Below, piece after piece: positions 63,501-64,000 of a DNA stretch of 64,000 bases; position 1 is the stretch's first letter; every line of letters starts with the position of its first letter. A model generated the notes under the pieces. It worked only from the letters and a program-made list of their open reading frames with translations. It made no database searches and had not been told where the DNA came from. Source of the stretch: Squalus acanthias (lineage: Eukaryota). Location: positions 97,528,001-97,592,000 of the forward strand of contig CM059431.1 of NCBI GenBank assembly GCA_030390025.1, read 5' to 3'. The translations under genes were made by a program, and so were the position numbers.

Positions 63501-64000
63501 GGGGGGTAAGGTATTAGCATGGATAAAGGATTGGTTAACAGACAGAAAAGAGAGAGTGGGGATAAACGGGTCATTTTCAGATTGACAGGCTATAACTAGT
63601 GGGGGGCCTCAGCTATTTACAATCTATATTAATGACTTAGATGAAGGGACCGAGTGCAATGTATCCATGTTTGCTGATGATACACAGCTAGGTGGAAAAG
63701 TAAGATGTGAGGATGCAAAGAGCCTGCAAAGAGATATAGGCAGGTTCAGTGAGTGGGCAATAAGGTGGCAGATGGAGTACAATGTGGGGAAATGTGAGGT
63801 TATCGACTTTGGTAGGAAGAATAGAAAAACAGAATATTTTTTAAATGGTGAGAAACTATTAAATGTTGGTGTTCAGAGAGATTTAGGTGTCCTAGTGCAA
63901 GAAACAGAGTTAGCATGTAGGTACAGCAAGCAATTAGGAAGGCAAATGGCATGTTGGCCTTTATTACAAGAGAGTTGGAGTACAAGAATAAGGAAGTCTT
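60585..64000 (+). mobile_element. CR1 ORF2 fragment (closely similar to 8184-10440) interrupted by a second CR1; runs off the window
   Basis: gagcttctacaagta|...|tgtaaaaagg junction matches the uninterrupted sequence at 8559-8582. Confidence 0.9.
60972..62785 (+). mobile_element. 5'-truncated CR1 nested in another CR1, with an internal deletion/inversion
   Basis: RT ORF 61634-62428, 3'UTR and tail tttcttatg; TAT present at both junctions. Confidence 0.88.

Overview
Vertebrate genomic DNA, very probably from a shark or other elasmobranch (inferred from the SacSINE1-like DeuSINE, CR1, L2, Penelope and Harbinger repertoire), and mostly repeats. The only host gene I can support is the 3' end of a PIX-family RhoGEF on the minus strand, best match beta-PIX/ARHGEF7: three exons at 58349-58250, 56983-56929 and 55034-54912, ending ...WDETNF. 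Main observations: (1) three unrelated tandem arrays each appear to have grown out of a transposon: a 49-bp G-rich satellite (~14 kb) inside the ORF2 stop/3'UTR of an old CR1 LINE, a 33-bp minisatellite expanded at the same site in four DeuSINE copies, and a ~5-kb 14/15-bp satellite resembling a Harbinger MITE end; (2) a near full-length CR1 inserted into the 49-bp satellite was itself hit by two Harbinger-type MITEs and a Penelope element, and its ORF2 rejoins in frame when they are removed; (3) several Penelope-like insertions have 12-bp TSDs and minimal hammerhead ribozyme motifs, including a 96-bp insertion that is little more than the ribozyme plus the element's 3' end. Most entries in the ORF track are translations of repeats.
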